From Antedon mediterranea (Eukaryota > Animalia > Echinodermata), in assembly GCF_964355755.1 (NCBI RefSeq), contig NC_092672.1:7626001-7690000 (forward strand): a stretch of 64,000 nt of DNA, read 5' to 3'. This document shows positions 14,398-27,148 of the stretch, one piece after another. How positions within the stretch are numbered: position 1 is the stretch's first letter; each line of letters starts with the position of its first letter. The notes beneath the pieces were generated by a model. It ran no database searches. It saw only the letters and a list, made by a program, of their open reading frames with translations, and was not told where the DNA came from. Made by a program: the position numbers and the translations under genes.

Positions 14398-14450
14398 AGA
14401 TTTTGACAGAATCAAGAGGTTATATGCATATCATGCATATAACCTAATAA
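12210..14450. mobile_element. HINE-like element, family 2, with nested LINE fragment
   Basis: Left hairpin aattcgtca-cta-tgacgaatt plus aggttatatgcat; right (TAAA)n plus hairpin aggttatatgcat-atc-atgcatataacct; core 13070-13578 homologous to family 1. Confidence 0.65.
13579..14314 (+). mobile_element. 5'-truncated LINE (CR1/L2-group ORF2 C-terminus plus 3'UTR)
   Basis: ORF 13644-14117 DYACSVWYSG..KLQTAQN..LNWLPV..R; (GAAAT)n tail; host HINE sequence resumes at 14315. Confidence 0.8.
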
Positions 14451-14489
14451 ATGCAAATTGTAGTGGAATAACGTTAAGAATGATAACAC

Positions 14490-14673
14490 TGTAATGGTAG
14501 TAATAGTCATAAAGGTGCCCACCTTGACCAGAGGCAGATACTAGATGCAGGGGCTGCCATAAGAGTCAGCAGTGCTGATTTCAAATGACTAACGGGACCC
14601 CAGCTCCGTATACAGCACCCGCTATTCCCAGATGGTCTCCCATCCAAGCTCTAACCAGGCCCAACGTTGCTTA
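14490..14673 (-). mobile_element. 5S rRNA-derived SINE (SINE3-like), 5'-truncated
   Basis: Reverse complement of 14611-14673 is TAAGCAACGTTGGGCCTGGTTAGAGCTTGGATGGGAGACCATCTGGGAATAGCGGGTGCTGTA, the 3' part of 5S rRNA, followed by a non-5S body. Confidence 0.7.
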
Positions 14674-15541
14674 TTGTACAATAATGCATCGAACAATGAT
14701 CCGGTCGGCCTGTATTCTATATTCATGCTTACCTTACCATCGTCAAACGTATCATTTCTCGTAGATAATCCATTTCTTTATGATGCAGTTAAAACAAATT
14801 GGTTAATTTCCACAATCACTTATATCAATATGATACAATCAATGTATGAACACATATTTGATAAATCTACTTGGTCTCTTTACATGCAATACACATTGTA
14901 GATTCTCAAAACAACAACAATTGGCATCAACTAATTTGTCTGATTGTTGTAGCAGTTGTTATGTAACGTAATTTGCATGTTAGTGTGTACAAGAACTACA
15001 GAGGTCGCTATATCTATGCTCGTCCACCATCTTGCACTTTCTTAAATTAAACTAATGTTAAGACCGCATATAGTTTTAAAAACAGTCAATCCATTGGCGT
15101 GGTTATTTATCCATTATTAAATCATTGTGTACGAAGTTCAACCGATCGAAAAATGATAATTAAATTGATTTAATAATAATTTACAAGTTGAGGAAAACAC
15201 AATTTATGACCGTAATTACATTTCGTGTTTATGGCGCTGTTTCAAGTATGCCTACACATAATAAAGTCATAAAAACCATTTACACAGACTTACTAAATTA
15301 TTGTATTGAATATTATACAGAATTAGATATTAATATTATCTGGCCCAAATTCATGTTACTATTTTGCTAATTAAAAGTAGGCCTACGAAATACATAAATG
15401 GATAACCAATATCCAAGAAATCTCAAGTACGTAAAATATAAACTACGGTGCATTCATAAAGCTGTGTCTGCCCTGTCTTAGCGTTACGCATGCATTTGCT
15501 GCCTATCTAATAAGGTTCTTCAGTGGTGGTTTGCTGCCTTT

Positions 15542-18500
15542 TTAGTCACTTTCTATCGGAGGCATGGTAGGATCTTCATGTTCAAAAATCGCATTGCTTA
15601 TTGGTCGGTGGTAGGATGGGTCGTCAGTCTTATCAGGCACTTTAGTGGTCTGATCTGTCATAGTATACGCGGTGTCTGGATGGGTACGGTTGGCCGACTT
15701 CTTCTTGCATGCATATTGAACCTATAGTTAATAAACATATTATACAACATTAAACAGAAACCACAGTGTGTCACTTAGTTTGAATCTATTAATCACTGTC
15801 CTACAATACAAATTAAAGAAACATTTCAGATTTCACATGAACGAACGTAATGATTCACATCACAAGCCTTCTCAAAATTGTGCTGCTGCAGCTTTGTATA
15901 AACGGATATATAATACATTAAACGCTCAGAAATGCAGAAATTGACACAGAGAGCATGCTATTTAATATGTTGATCCATATTGACGATACAGATAATTAGA
16001 GATTTTAATAACCTTTATGACTTCACCAATATATCGATTTTTCTGAAAATCAATATGCATGGTCTGTTAGTACAGTATGTAGCCGAAACAACAAGTCTGT
16101 ACGATAACTTGAAATTGTGGGCGTCATCAAAACAAATTTACATACATAATTAAACAATTATAATTAGATTATAATTTAAATTCAAATTGAAAAATTACAC
16201 GCGAGTACTGTACCTCATTACTGAAGACGCACTGAGAGAGCCAGATGAAGAAACCTTGCAATGAGTTCATAATGACAAATATGTATTCCATGACTTTGGA
16301 ACTACTGAAGATGATGATGATACCAAAAATCCATGGTAGTCCAACTACAGGTGCAAGAAGAATTATTCCGTAAGCCAATGATCTTAAATAAAAACAAAAA
16401 CAGGATTGTTATTATTACTACGTATACAAATACACACCTAAAAGAGAGGTTGTAATTTGGAACCAGACCTTCTAAATTTGTATACCCCTCTCAATATGAC
16501 CCAGATAATTAGACAGTGTGACCTTTTTCTGTTGCACTTACGCTCTCTTATGAATATGTATCCTCTTATGAATACGTAGGCCTCGTATGTACGTTTTAAG
16601 GCCTAATAATCTCTCAGTCTCTTATTTTCAAATTTTTTCTCTAATTTTTCTTCTCTGTATAATATTATATTATTGTTGATATTGGTAATAATGACTCATC
16701 ATCATCACATACCTGATACGTTTGTTTGTATTCTTGTCCTCTGCGGATTGTTGTGGAAGTCGAGTTTTCGTGAACGCTATGTACCCGATGACAACAATTT
16801 GTACAATGATAATCTACACAAAAAAGATAGATATAAGATAGCATATTGTAGTAGATTGTTGTAACATCATGACACAATCTAATGAGGGTAGTTCAGTTTT
16901 CTACTTTTCATGTTTGTATTGTAATAATGATGGGAATGTAGCGTGGGGAATGGAAGTGAGACTTACAGGGAATCGGTTAATAGAATAGAATAAGCAGGCA
17001 GAAAAATGCAGCATCACTTAAAGGGACACCACATACACACTGTTGCTTACCACAAGTGCAATAGTCATTGGTATGATGAAAGTCCAGATTGCAAAGCCCA
17101 TATTCAACCAGCACCTATAAATTAAAATAATACAAGATGGTATTTAAGAATAAAGATTATTTATGCATTTGATCGTTTTCCAGATACCATAACAAACTGG
17201 TAATACAAGAAAACAGTAAATAAGAGTAAAGGGTATTTGTAATTTTGAGTATTGGATCGACTTGGTAATATACAATGCAACACAAGATTTTAAAAAGCAT
17301 GTTGAGTACGCTGATTCACCGTATACAAGAAAATAGAATATATATTACACATCTTCGGATACGTATTTATCCCTCGTACATCCAGCCGTCACGACCACTA
17401 TTATGATAGGCACTATCCAACCAAGATAGCGACAAAATAAAAAGCGTCGCTCGTGGTTAACAAACGGATGTTTGATCTTCATGTATACGTCTGTAGACAC
17501 AATTAGCATCCATGCAAAGGCGGCTAAAAGACTGTAATGTAAGCAACCAGCAATGACAGCACACACAATCTGAAAAAATGTAAGGATGATGATGAATTTA
17601 CAGCAGATGGATAATTCTCGACTATGGTGGATTCATGAGGAATTTCAAGGTCATTGACTAGTCAGAGGAGTGGTAGGGTGTAGAGGTAGAATTAAGAGTT
17701 GCTCCCATAGGTACAGTTTCACATTTTTCTCAGTTAAAAAAAAAATAATGAAGAGGATGCATAACTATTCTGAATCGGTAAAAGCTTGCGATGTTTTATC
17801 TTCCAGAGTTCCGCGTCCCTAAGAAATGCACCTCCCCATGCATGTTTAAGTCTCAATATCATGTGTTTGTTTACGGTGGAGAAAGTTGAAGAACTAAGTG
17901 GAAAAGCATGTAATGTAACCCTTTTTTTCTATCTTGGAACAGCATTTAAACAGACATACCTCGTTTTTAACATTCAAACCTAGGAAGGCATAGAAGAAAT
18001 TAACGATAAGTAGAGCAACCACCAGATGACACAGGATTTTATGCCGCTCAGAATTTCTTAAATTTCTGAAAGTAATTTTAAAATACAGTGTTTAGCATAT
18101 ACTATTTTTTTATACTCTTGTTTGAGATATTAATGGAAACCAGTAAAAGTAATACACAAAAAGTAAGTCACTTTGCTAATTATAAGGCTATGCTGAAATG
18201 TAAACACAGTTTTAACAAAAACCAACTTACATAGCAGTAAAAATAATGACTATAAAATGTATAACTTAATTTAAAAATTAATATCATAAAGAGTAAAGTT
18301 TGTAAACGTTAAATACATTTTTTAATGAAACACGCTAAAAGGCTATAGTAACTTGTTGTTGGTTAAGACTTACATAGTCTGTGAATAACTTACTTGAAAC
18401 TGTATACAGTAATCAGGATTATAACAAGAAACAAACTGGAAATACCAAGTCCAACGTTAGTAATTATTGATAAAGTCCTGTCATTAATATTTAACTACAA

Positions 18501-21500
18501 AAACATAAAATTAGAAATTACAATAAATATTACGACCTAACTACATACTTATATACAGCAACAGTAATTAACAATACCACGCACATCTTCGTATTTTCAT
18601 AATACTCAACAGTATTCAATATTTAAAACATATTAGTGAACATTATTTAAACATACTCTGTTTATTTCTAAGATACTACTTGTTTTTAAAACGTAGATTA
18701 AATTATCGATTTACTAACAGTAATGAAAATGGTGAAGAGATGTTGAAGACCGAGTTGGGTATATAATCATCATAAACCAAAATAAATAAATAAATAAATA
18801 TTTCAATCTTCCCTGATTTCGATTTATATAAAACTGAATTTTTTACCTCTGTCGGTTTCAACAAAACGACAAATGACGTTAAGTGTGTACAATTGCATAT
18901 CACGCCGTTGGTACAGTTATATCTTAGAGTAGAACAACCTTCTGTTGACCACATCCTTGGAAATTTATTAAAATGTAAAGTTAAGAGAAATATACATTAC
19001 TATAATAATAATTATCATCATCAGAGCCATAAATGAAAATGTTCATCAACATTGTTATTATTATCATCTTAATCATGAAGCATAACCATTATTCGTTAGA
19101 TAGCTTGTTAGGACGTATACAAATATTATACCGATGCATATGACAGGCGACAGCCCGCAATTTTTTCTTTCGTACTGAAAGATAGCCGAACTACCTCCTA
19201 AATATAACTAAACCTAACCCTCTAAATAATCTCTCTCTCACTATAAAGTAAAAGAAGTAGCTCATGGTAGTCGAACCCCATACATCGACATGTAAAGTCC
19301 ATAGTGTTATCCACTCGACTACACAGACGACTCGACAGAAATTGTTTGCATTAGCGAATTGTAGCTAAATTATTACGTCACACCTTATAGATATGACTAA
19401 TGAGATTCATGTTTATTTTGTGACGTTTCACGAAAGGTCCCCAACTTATGTACGAAAAGAAATATCGCCAACGGCTCATCCAAACGCGTCCGAGTCTCCA
19501 CTTGCCATTGATCAAACTCCAAAATAAGTGCATACTCACGCCTCTGAAGAAACATTTTTGGTAAAATGGCATTCGGGTTTACTCGTAGAATTTTCTTCTG
19601 TAATATCCTTGATTATAACATTAAAAACAAAATGTTATTATATAATATATATATACATTTTTAAAGCGCATTAAGAATTGTAATCATAAGTCCTATGATA
19701 CTTTAACCGATAGGCCTATATCTTACCTGAATAACAGGAAACTTAATCTCTACCTTAATGCTAAGTTTTTCGCCTTTATCATCATATACGTCAATAGTGA
19801 CAATGTCAGATGCACTGAATAGGGTTGTATCGTCCCTTTTGTAATACAAAATGATTTAACATAATATTAATTAAAAGTCATAGGCATATACTCAATGTAA
19901 TAGTGATCTAGTAAGGCTATACCGGTAGTTTTGAAAAAAAAAACATTGATTTTATATCTCACCAAATTCACACCTTAACACTGCAGGAATTAGGGACTAT
20001 CAGTGGCGTAACGGCTATGAGCGCTCACTGGCTAAACCCAGGGGCCCGGAGCTTATGTAGGCCCCTGAGCAAAAATTAAAATATGTCGAAAAAGGCTAAA
20101 CACGCACGAGGCCTCCAGTACTGGAGAGCCACTTAAGGTTCCTAAACAAAGGGCCTAAAGCATGTGCGTTACGCCACTGAGATGTGTTACTGAAAATAAG
20201 TAAGAAATAATTGTATTATGTAAGCCTAGTCTGTATTTGTATGTATTGAATTGAATTCAGTATCTGATCTGAAGAAAACAATCTACATTGATTACAAAAA
20301 AACAAAAAAGGAAAACATAGAAATGTAACAATCAAAACATCGTGCCCATGAAAGAGGAAAAATCTCATAAAATAGAGAAAGGGTCATGTCATGGTGATAG
20401 ATGTAACTTACTGACTTTCTAGGTTGAAACGAGTACCTGGGTCAACAGTTTCCAACTCTGCAATGATTGTGAAGTTTCCATCTATAGATTACAAAGTAGT
20501 GAAAATATTTTCAGAAAAGCAATATTAGTAAAAACAAGGCCAACAGCCATTAAGTCGCGTGCTACAATGCATAGTGATACCGGACCGACAGACAGACCGA
20601 CAGACCGACAGACCGACAGACAGACCGACAGACCGACAGACAGACAAACAGACCGACAGACCACAGACCGACAGATCGACAGACAGACCGACCGACCGAC
20701 ATAGTGAACTATACTGACCGAAATTACTGAACATGTTTAAAAATGTTGAAATGTTTAAAAACATTTATATTTTTTTAATTTACACGTGCGTAGCCTGTCA
20801 CTTTTGACGTGCTCGTATAACGTAATTTCGAGTTGAAAAGTAAATCAAGAAAACAGAAATCGGGCAAAAAGAGTGCGTAATAACATTTAACGCGCAGTGC
20901 GCGCCCAAAAATATGCGCACTCATGGCAACGCTTAAAATTGCCTGAAACGTACTCTTATTTCATCGAAAATAAATTCTAAGCGCGCGTACGCATGCGTTA
21001 CATGCACTACGCACGTAATTGTATTCCCATATGATGATTTATGCCCTGAAATTTATGAGTACCAAATTTTATTTAATTGTGATTCATGGTTGTGAAGATA
21101 TGATTACAAACGTGATTTCGTTAAATCGTGCGTAGACCGCGTAATTTTTTATTGCGCACCGTGAAAACATAACCACATTGATTCCTGGCCATAAGTAATA
21201 TACTGTGAAAAATTGACCTAGCTAGATTAAACTGATATCAAGATAAGGTCGGAAAGCGATAAAACGCATAGTGATACCGGACCACCTGACCGACAGACCG
21301 ACAGACCGACAGACAGACAGACCGACCGACCGACCGACATAGTGAACTATAGAGTCGCTTCCACGCGACTAAAAATATTCGATTGAGAATATCTTCAAAT
21401 GTATACGCATTGTTGCAGGGCATCCACAAAGTATGTAATTACATGTACGTGAAAATCCCACCTTTTTCTATAGGACTGTCAGTTGATGTCGAGAATGTAA

Positions 21501-24500
21501 TGCTATCTGGTCCTGATGTTAAAGCAATGTTTTCTACTTCTGGCGATGTTGTTATGATAACTGCAATTACACGTAATATGTCATATTAGAAAATGTAAGG
21601 ATTATTAAATGCCAAAATTAATAACAATTTTAAGAGGTGTATGTCCTCTTCTTTGCCGAAAAACTTTTTATTTTGCATTAGCTTCTAAATTCTCAATATC
21701 AGTCAATATGTTCAGAATAATGTTCATACTAGTATATCATATTTTGCCGTAAACAGTAAAACATCAAGATATTTACCTTTAGTAACCTTAAGGTTAGTGG
21801 TGGTAGTGATATCGGTAGTAGCTGGATTGGTCGTAGTATCGTTAGTAGCAGGATTAATATTAGTGGAATCAGTAGTAGCTGGATTAGTATTAGTAGTATC
21901 GGTAGTAGGATTAGTAGCCGTATTATTGTTAACAACATGATCGATAGAAGTATCGGATTTTGTAGGATTATTATACGTAGTATTAATAGTAGCAGAGTTA
22001 GTGAGAGTAGTATCGGTGGTAGCAGTATTAGAAATCGTACCAGGATTAGTAGTCTTAGTAGTCATAGTATCGGTAGTAGCAGGATTCATAATTGTATTAT
22101 CCGTAGTACTAAGGTTAGTAGAAATAACATCAGTAGTAGCAAGATTATTAGAAGTAGATGTATCGGTTGTATATACGGTTGTGGTATCCTTTGAAGTTGG
22201 TGCTGTTTTAAAAAAGATCCAATTAACGCTAAAGCCTTCATTATAAATCATCGGTTCGCAATTTAACGTTTTGAATTGATTTGAATAAACTATGATAATC
22301 ATATTAATAATAATGAAATAGAATGCAACTACAACTTGAATTGCGCGCACTTTATAAGAATATAAATAGGACACTTATAAAATGGGACACTTGTAAAATA
22401 GAATAAAATATTTAAAAAATAAACATACCTTCAGAACTTTCACTAATAAAAATATCATCAATAGCTATCATTGTGGAATTTCCGGAAGAAGATCCGGGCG
22501 AACCTCTAATTATTATGCTAGTTGGCTTTAATCTGTTATTAAATGTTGCACTTTCAAATTCCCATCCGCTCGATGTTTCATGATGAATTTCAATCAATGT
22601 GTTATATGAGTTGGGATCTGAGATACCTACTACTAGGGAGTTATGTTGTGTTGAGCTGCTTATATAATAATAAAACTGAATACATCCATATGTCCAGTTA
22701 GTTGGGATAAATGTACTCTCCAAGACTCCAGCATCTTCATATACATATATATAATAATTACCTGAAAAATTATGGGAAGTAAAGCGATAATTAGCTATTA
22801 TTCCAGAAGATGCTGTATGCTTCATACAATGTAATCATTCGGTTATTTACTCTGTTATACAATGTTTAAACATCCAACAGCAATGGAAATTCATCCTTAA
22901 ATAAAATAACCTAACCTAGTCCTAGCAAAGTTTACTTCTGGAAACTTGTTTTTTGCAGTTTTTCCGAAATTTGACGACTAGTTAACTCTAGCAAAATGAG
23001 TAAGACTTTTCTTGACAAACTTCTGTGTACTAGAACATGACTACACATATTGTTGTTTTCTGAGTTCATATAAACCTTGCCATACTAATACAGTACAAGA
23101 ATATTATGACCTGTCTATACTATCAAACTTTATGTGAAAAAAAATGTAACGTGATACCATGTTTGGGAATATCACTACCATATTTGGGCACATCACACTT
23201 TTTTGATAGTGTAGACAGAGTTTTACTTACTAGTGGAGGTTGAGTGCCCGGAAGTTTGATTGGTTATACTATCATTCGAACGTTGCCATCCACTCACATT
23301 AGTCCAACCATCAAAACCATGTTCAAAGTCAGCGCAAATACCATCTGTTTCTATATTAAAATAAGGTTAAGAAAAATGTAAACATATTACAGTTTCATAA
23401 ATGTATTTTAGAAATTGTTTCAATAATAAATATAGCGTTGATAGGTTATTTGCAATATATTGAAATCAAATAATATTGGACATTAATATAACATTTCCAG
23501 TCACAAAGGTGTGGCAATAATACAAAACAAAAAAACATGAACCTATGAATTAGATAAATGTTGTACCGGTACAGTCCACCACATGGCTGTTTACTATACT
23601 GGTTTGCATATGAGGCCTAGTCACTAGGTTTTCATGTCTAATTATTGTGCTTGCTTGTTATGCAATCATAAATACTTATAAACATAAAACATTAACCTTT
23701 AAAGTAATATTCGTAAGTAAGTATTCATAAATCGACAATTATTTGCGAAAAAAAATCCAAATTTAGCGAAAACTAACTATGAGAATTTCGGAAGAATGAA
23801 CAACTAAATGAATTGAATAACTGCCAAGGTTAGTTTTTGAAAAGTTTTGTTTTTTCGTAACGAATTTATGAATATTTAAAAACCAGATGAACATGTTTAA
23901 TCACCCACCGTTGTACACTTTAATATTAGCAAGGAAACCTATACGTTGTCCACTACTGTCGGTGCGAAACATAACAATCAATGTGTTACTTGTCGACAAG
24001 GTGTCTTGTGGCAAGTCTGTATCGCAGTATTTGACAGTAGTACTTCCGTCGTCAACTAACACATAGTCATGACAGTTGAGTTCGAGACGAAAATCGAAGA
24101 ATTTGAGCAATAGTAAATGTCCAGAATTTGTACGAAACGTCCAATTGTAGCTCAGATTATCATCATAGTAGCTGGGATAATTTGGTGATGTAATATTCCT
24201 AGACTGGTTTGGACATAGAAAGTACTCGTCAGACCATTCTGTTTGACCTTTAAAAATAAAAAAAACTCATTTGTTTTCTATATCCTAAACAACATAGACA
24301 AACGATATGATTTTTTTTCAATTACACCCTAGTGTTTTTTTAATTGTTTATAGGCCTAATCTTCATCATCATAATTTAATATTTTTACTATAGTTAGTTA
24401 GTCTTAGTTAGTCTTTTTTCCTAAGAACATTTCCCGGGACATTCATTAAATACATAGGCCATTGGCTCGAATACAACACAAATTTAAATAATTTACAATA

Positions 24501-25371
24501 AAGTAAATTTATGTGTGTGTTAAATAATGCTTTCTCTTTTTATAAGCAACGTAAATGAACGATTAAAACATTTGTATACCCGAAAATATTAACACAGATA
24601 TTAAATCAAATATTGCACAACTATCACAAGAATCATCAATGTAACTTTTGGCAAGTAAAAAGTAATACAGGATTATCACACACTTATTTGAATATATTTT
24701 TATGAAGATATAACATTAGCAGTTGGTCCATCTACAAGTTACACAGTCACACATTATTTATTCTTTCCAACAATTGTATTAAAAAATAATGTTTGTAAAA
24801 TGTTAAGATAATCTTAATCAATGATAAGATCAATTTAAGAAAGTTACAACACACAAAGATTATGAGCTTATTTCGATTCTAAAAACATAAAAATTGATAG
24901 AATAACACAATAGATTCAGGACGACCCTATTAATCCTTTAAGATGTATTTCCCCCCTCCCCAAAATATGTAATAAAAAAGATTAAATAAAAGAATGGAAT
25001 GAAGAATATACATTCTTTCCTTTAAAAAAAAAACAAACAATAATTCCACTTAAAAAAACTTACATAGAACATAAACGGAAAAATCCAAAAGTCATTGTCT
25101 GACAGACAATTTAAATTACAGTTTTGCAGGTGAATACTTTTTTTCAACCTAATTTCAATCGAGATAAATAATAACTATTATGTTCAATTAAAATGGCATT
25201 ATTAAAACATATTTTCAAGGAGACAATTTATCTTTAACACAGAAGAATTAGTGTCCATTGTGGTCCTAAAAAGTATGAAACTAAAAAAAAATCATAGTTA
25301 AACTTACCAACAGAAAAGTAGTTTAGGTTGATAACAAGGAATAGAAATGTTATCAACAGAACACGTTCCAT
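15542..25371 (-). CDS. Adhesion GPCR, copy B: SP-CUB-MAM-Thr-rich stalk-short GAIN/GPS-7TM (apparently intact, 17 coding exons)
   Basis: In-frame GT-AG exons: SP 25308-25371; CUB 23909-24247; MAM 23231-23350 and 22429-22761; mucin 21777-22202; GAIN 21462-21560, 20412-20481, 19727-19835, 19540-19607; GPS 18847-18955 (CNCTHLTSF); 7TM 18394-18494, 17960-18065, 17349-17569, 17051-17114, 16713-16813, 16214-16382; tail 15542-15721 ending in TAA. Confidence 0.88.
19255..19325 (-). mobile_element. tRNA-like SINE head fragment
   Basis: A-box-like TAGTCGAGTGG and B-box-like GGTTCGACT on the minus strand; no convincing cloverleaf. Confidence 0.4.
20001..20179. mobile_element. Short hAT-like MITE
   Basis: 13-bp TIR CAGTGGCGTAACG ... 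CGTTACGCCACTG; no recognisable 8-bp TSD. Confidence 0.6.
20530..21374 (-). mobile_element. HINE-like element, family 1, with two microsatellite blocks
   Basis: Subterminal inverted repeats agtcgcgtg / cacgcgact; (GACA/GACC)n near 20583 and 21290; same core as 42939-43700. Confidence 0.8.
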
Positions 25372-25784
25372 AGTAACTTAGAACAGGCGACGATGATGAA
25401 ATATTTTTACTATTAAATTAAAGAAATACAGTAGGCCTGTACATACTGCATATGAAATTTATAGAAATCATAACACTCCAATCCTAACATCAGATTTAAC
25501 CGTCTTAATTATTCTTCTCTGTTAATATTCTACATATTGGAGTATTTTATGAATTTAATGATGACAATATTACACATTATTTCAAGTGCTATGGTTTGCA
25601 ATTACCATTTCTTAGTAAACTCAACATATTTATTATTAGATTTTAGTCTCCATCGTTACTATGGAAAGAACATTAATTTGTTAAGGGTAAACAACATTCA
25701 AGCGTGTTTTAATAAATTTTTAATAAAGGTTAAATTCATCACTAATAATTTTTTTATAGGATGCGAAATGAAAAGCATCTAAGT

Positions 25785-25925
25785 TGTTGGAAAGGGTTGT
25801 TTACTTACAACTCAGTAATTATATTGAAGAAAACAACCTGATTTAATAAATTGCAATCAGGCTTTAGAAATCTCTATTCTACCAACACGTGTCTAATTAT
25901 CTTCCTTACAGATCACATAAGCAAA
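25785..25925 (+). mobile_element. LINE reverse-transcriptase fragment
   Basis: Degenerate translation LERVVYLQLSNYIEENNLI*..QSGFR..YST; duplicated near 56060. Confidence 0.55.
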
Positions 25926-27148
25926 AAACAGGTGGAAGCAGGATGGCATTTCGACGAATAAATAATTAACGAATGAGTTGTTGTTGACGAATTTGGAAAA
26001 AAAAACTTTAAAAAAATAACAATGGAGTCAGCAGCTGAAAGAACGAAACGACGAAATACAACGATGCCATTTGATTGTCAAATACAACGATGCCATTTGA
26101 TTGTCAAATACACACATTTAGCCTACAGTATTAGAACAATTTTATAAAATAGATTGATTGATAATAATATGTACCGTAAACTATGCTCGCATGTGCTACA
26201 ATTATATATAGCTTGCACTACTGAGCTAATATAGGGTCTACCGGTATGTGAAGTAGACTGCAACCTGTTCTAGACTTACCTTGCCTTTGAGGTTGAAAGC
26301 TGCAGTACGTTAGGCCTAGCATGCCCATCGTCGTCATAAACACTAATTTCCGGACGTTTTTAATTTCTTTTTAAACTAGTTGACATACAAAATTACTGAA
26401 AATACAAATGTATATGTATATGAATTGCGATTTTTGCGTACATGTACGTACGGGTATTGATTGATTATTTGACTAAACATACAGTATATTGGATAATGTA
26501 CGATGTCGACAAAGGTTTCAAAACAATGACACGTGACAATTAATACTTGTTTATCATATTGCTGTCTGACATGATTTATTTTACAAAATATTACTGAAAT
26601 GAAAAATAGTAACATTGTCATTAAGTTATTAAATGAAATAAATTGTAGATTACATATTTATTTAATTATTAAATGATTTTCCACAAAGTTCGATCAAACA
26701 AAGATCTCGTGATAACCTCCAGCAATTATGCAAATAGTGTGATTTAATTAATACCTGTATGTATATGACGTTACTACTAATACCGGTAGTTCTACAAATA
26801 TTAAATTAATACAACAGATTAAAAACCGACTATTAAAATAATTTATAAACATAATTATTAATTCATTACAATCTCTAAAAGACGACCTCATTGAATACGG
26901 TAGTGTTCTACATGTGTTTTAAAGGTAATCAGAAAAAACAATAATTTTAACACATTAATTTAAAATAAATTACACAGCACTATATACAATACATAAACAA
27001 ATGCAAATGGTTTATGTTGGTGTGGTTTTATCAAAGTTTGCGTCCAGGATCGGTCTTTGTTGGCCCTAATTAGCCCTGAATGAGGAATGTGAATTACTGA
27101 AATATTATGGCTACATTATCTATAAATCACATTATTTAGTCACGTTGC

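Noticed and set aside
14611-14673. Functional 5S rRNA gene
   Set aside because: The 5' portion is missing, there is no T-run terminator directly after it, and it continues into a SINE-like body.
20482-21429. ORFs with SVCLSVGL repeats
   Set aside because: Translations of the HINE (TCTG/TCGG)n microsatellite.
21937-22246. Plus-strand Val-rich and Ser-rich ORFs (also 33818-34213)
   Set aside because: Antisense shadows of the Thr-rich mucin exons.
25537-25782. 81-aa ORF identical to 55812-56057
   Set aside because: Identity reflects the recent duplication; TTG start, AT-rich, no recognisable domain.
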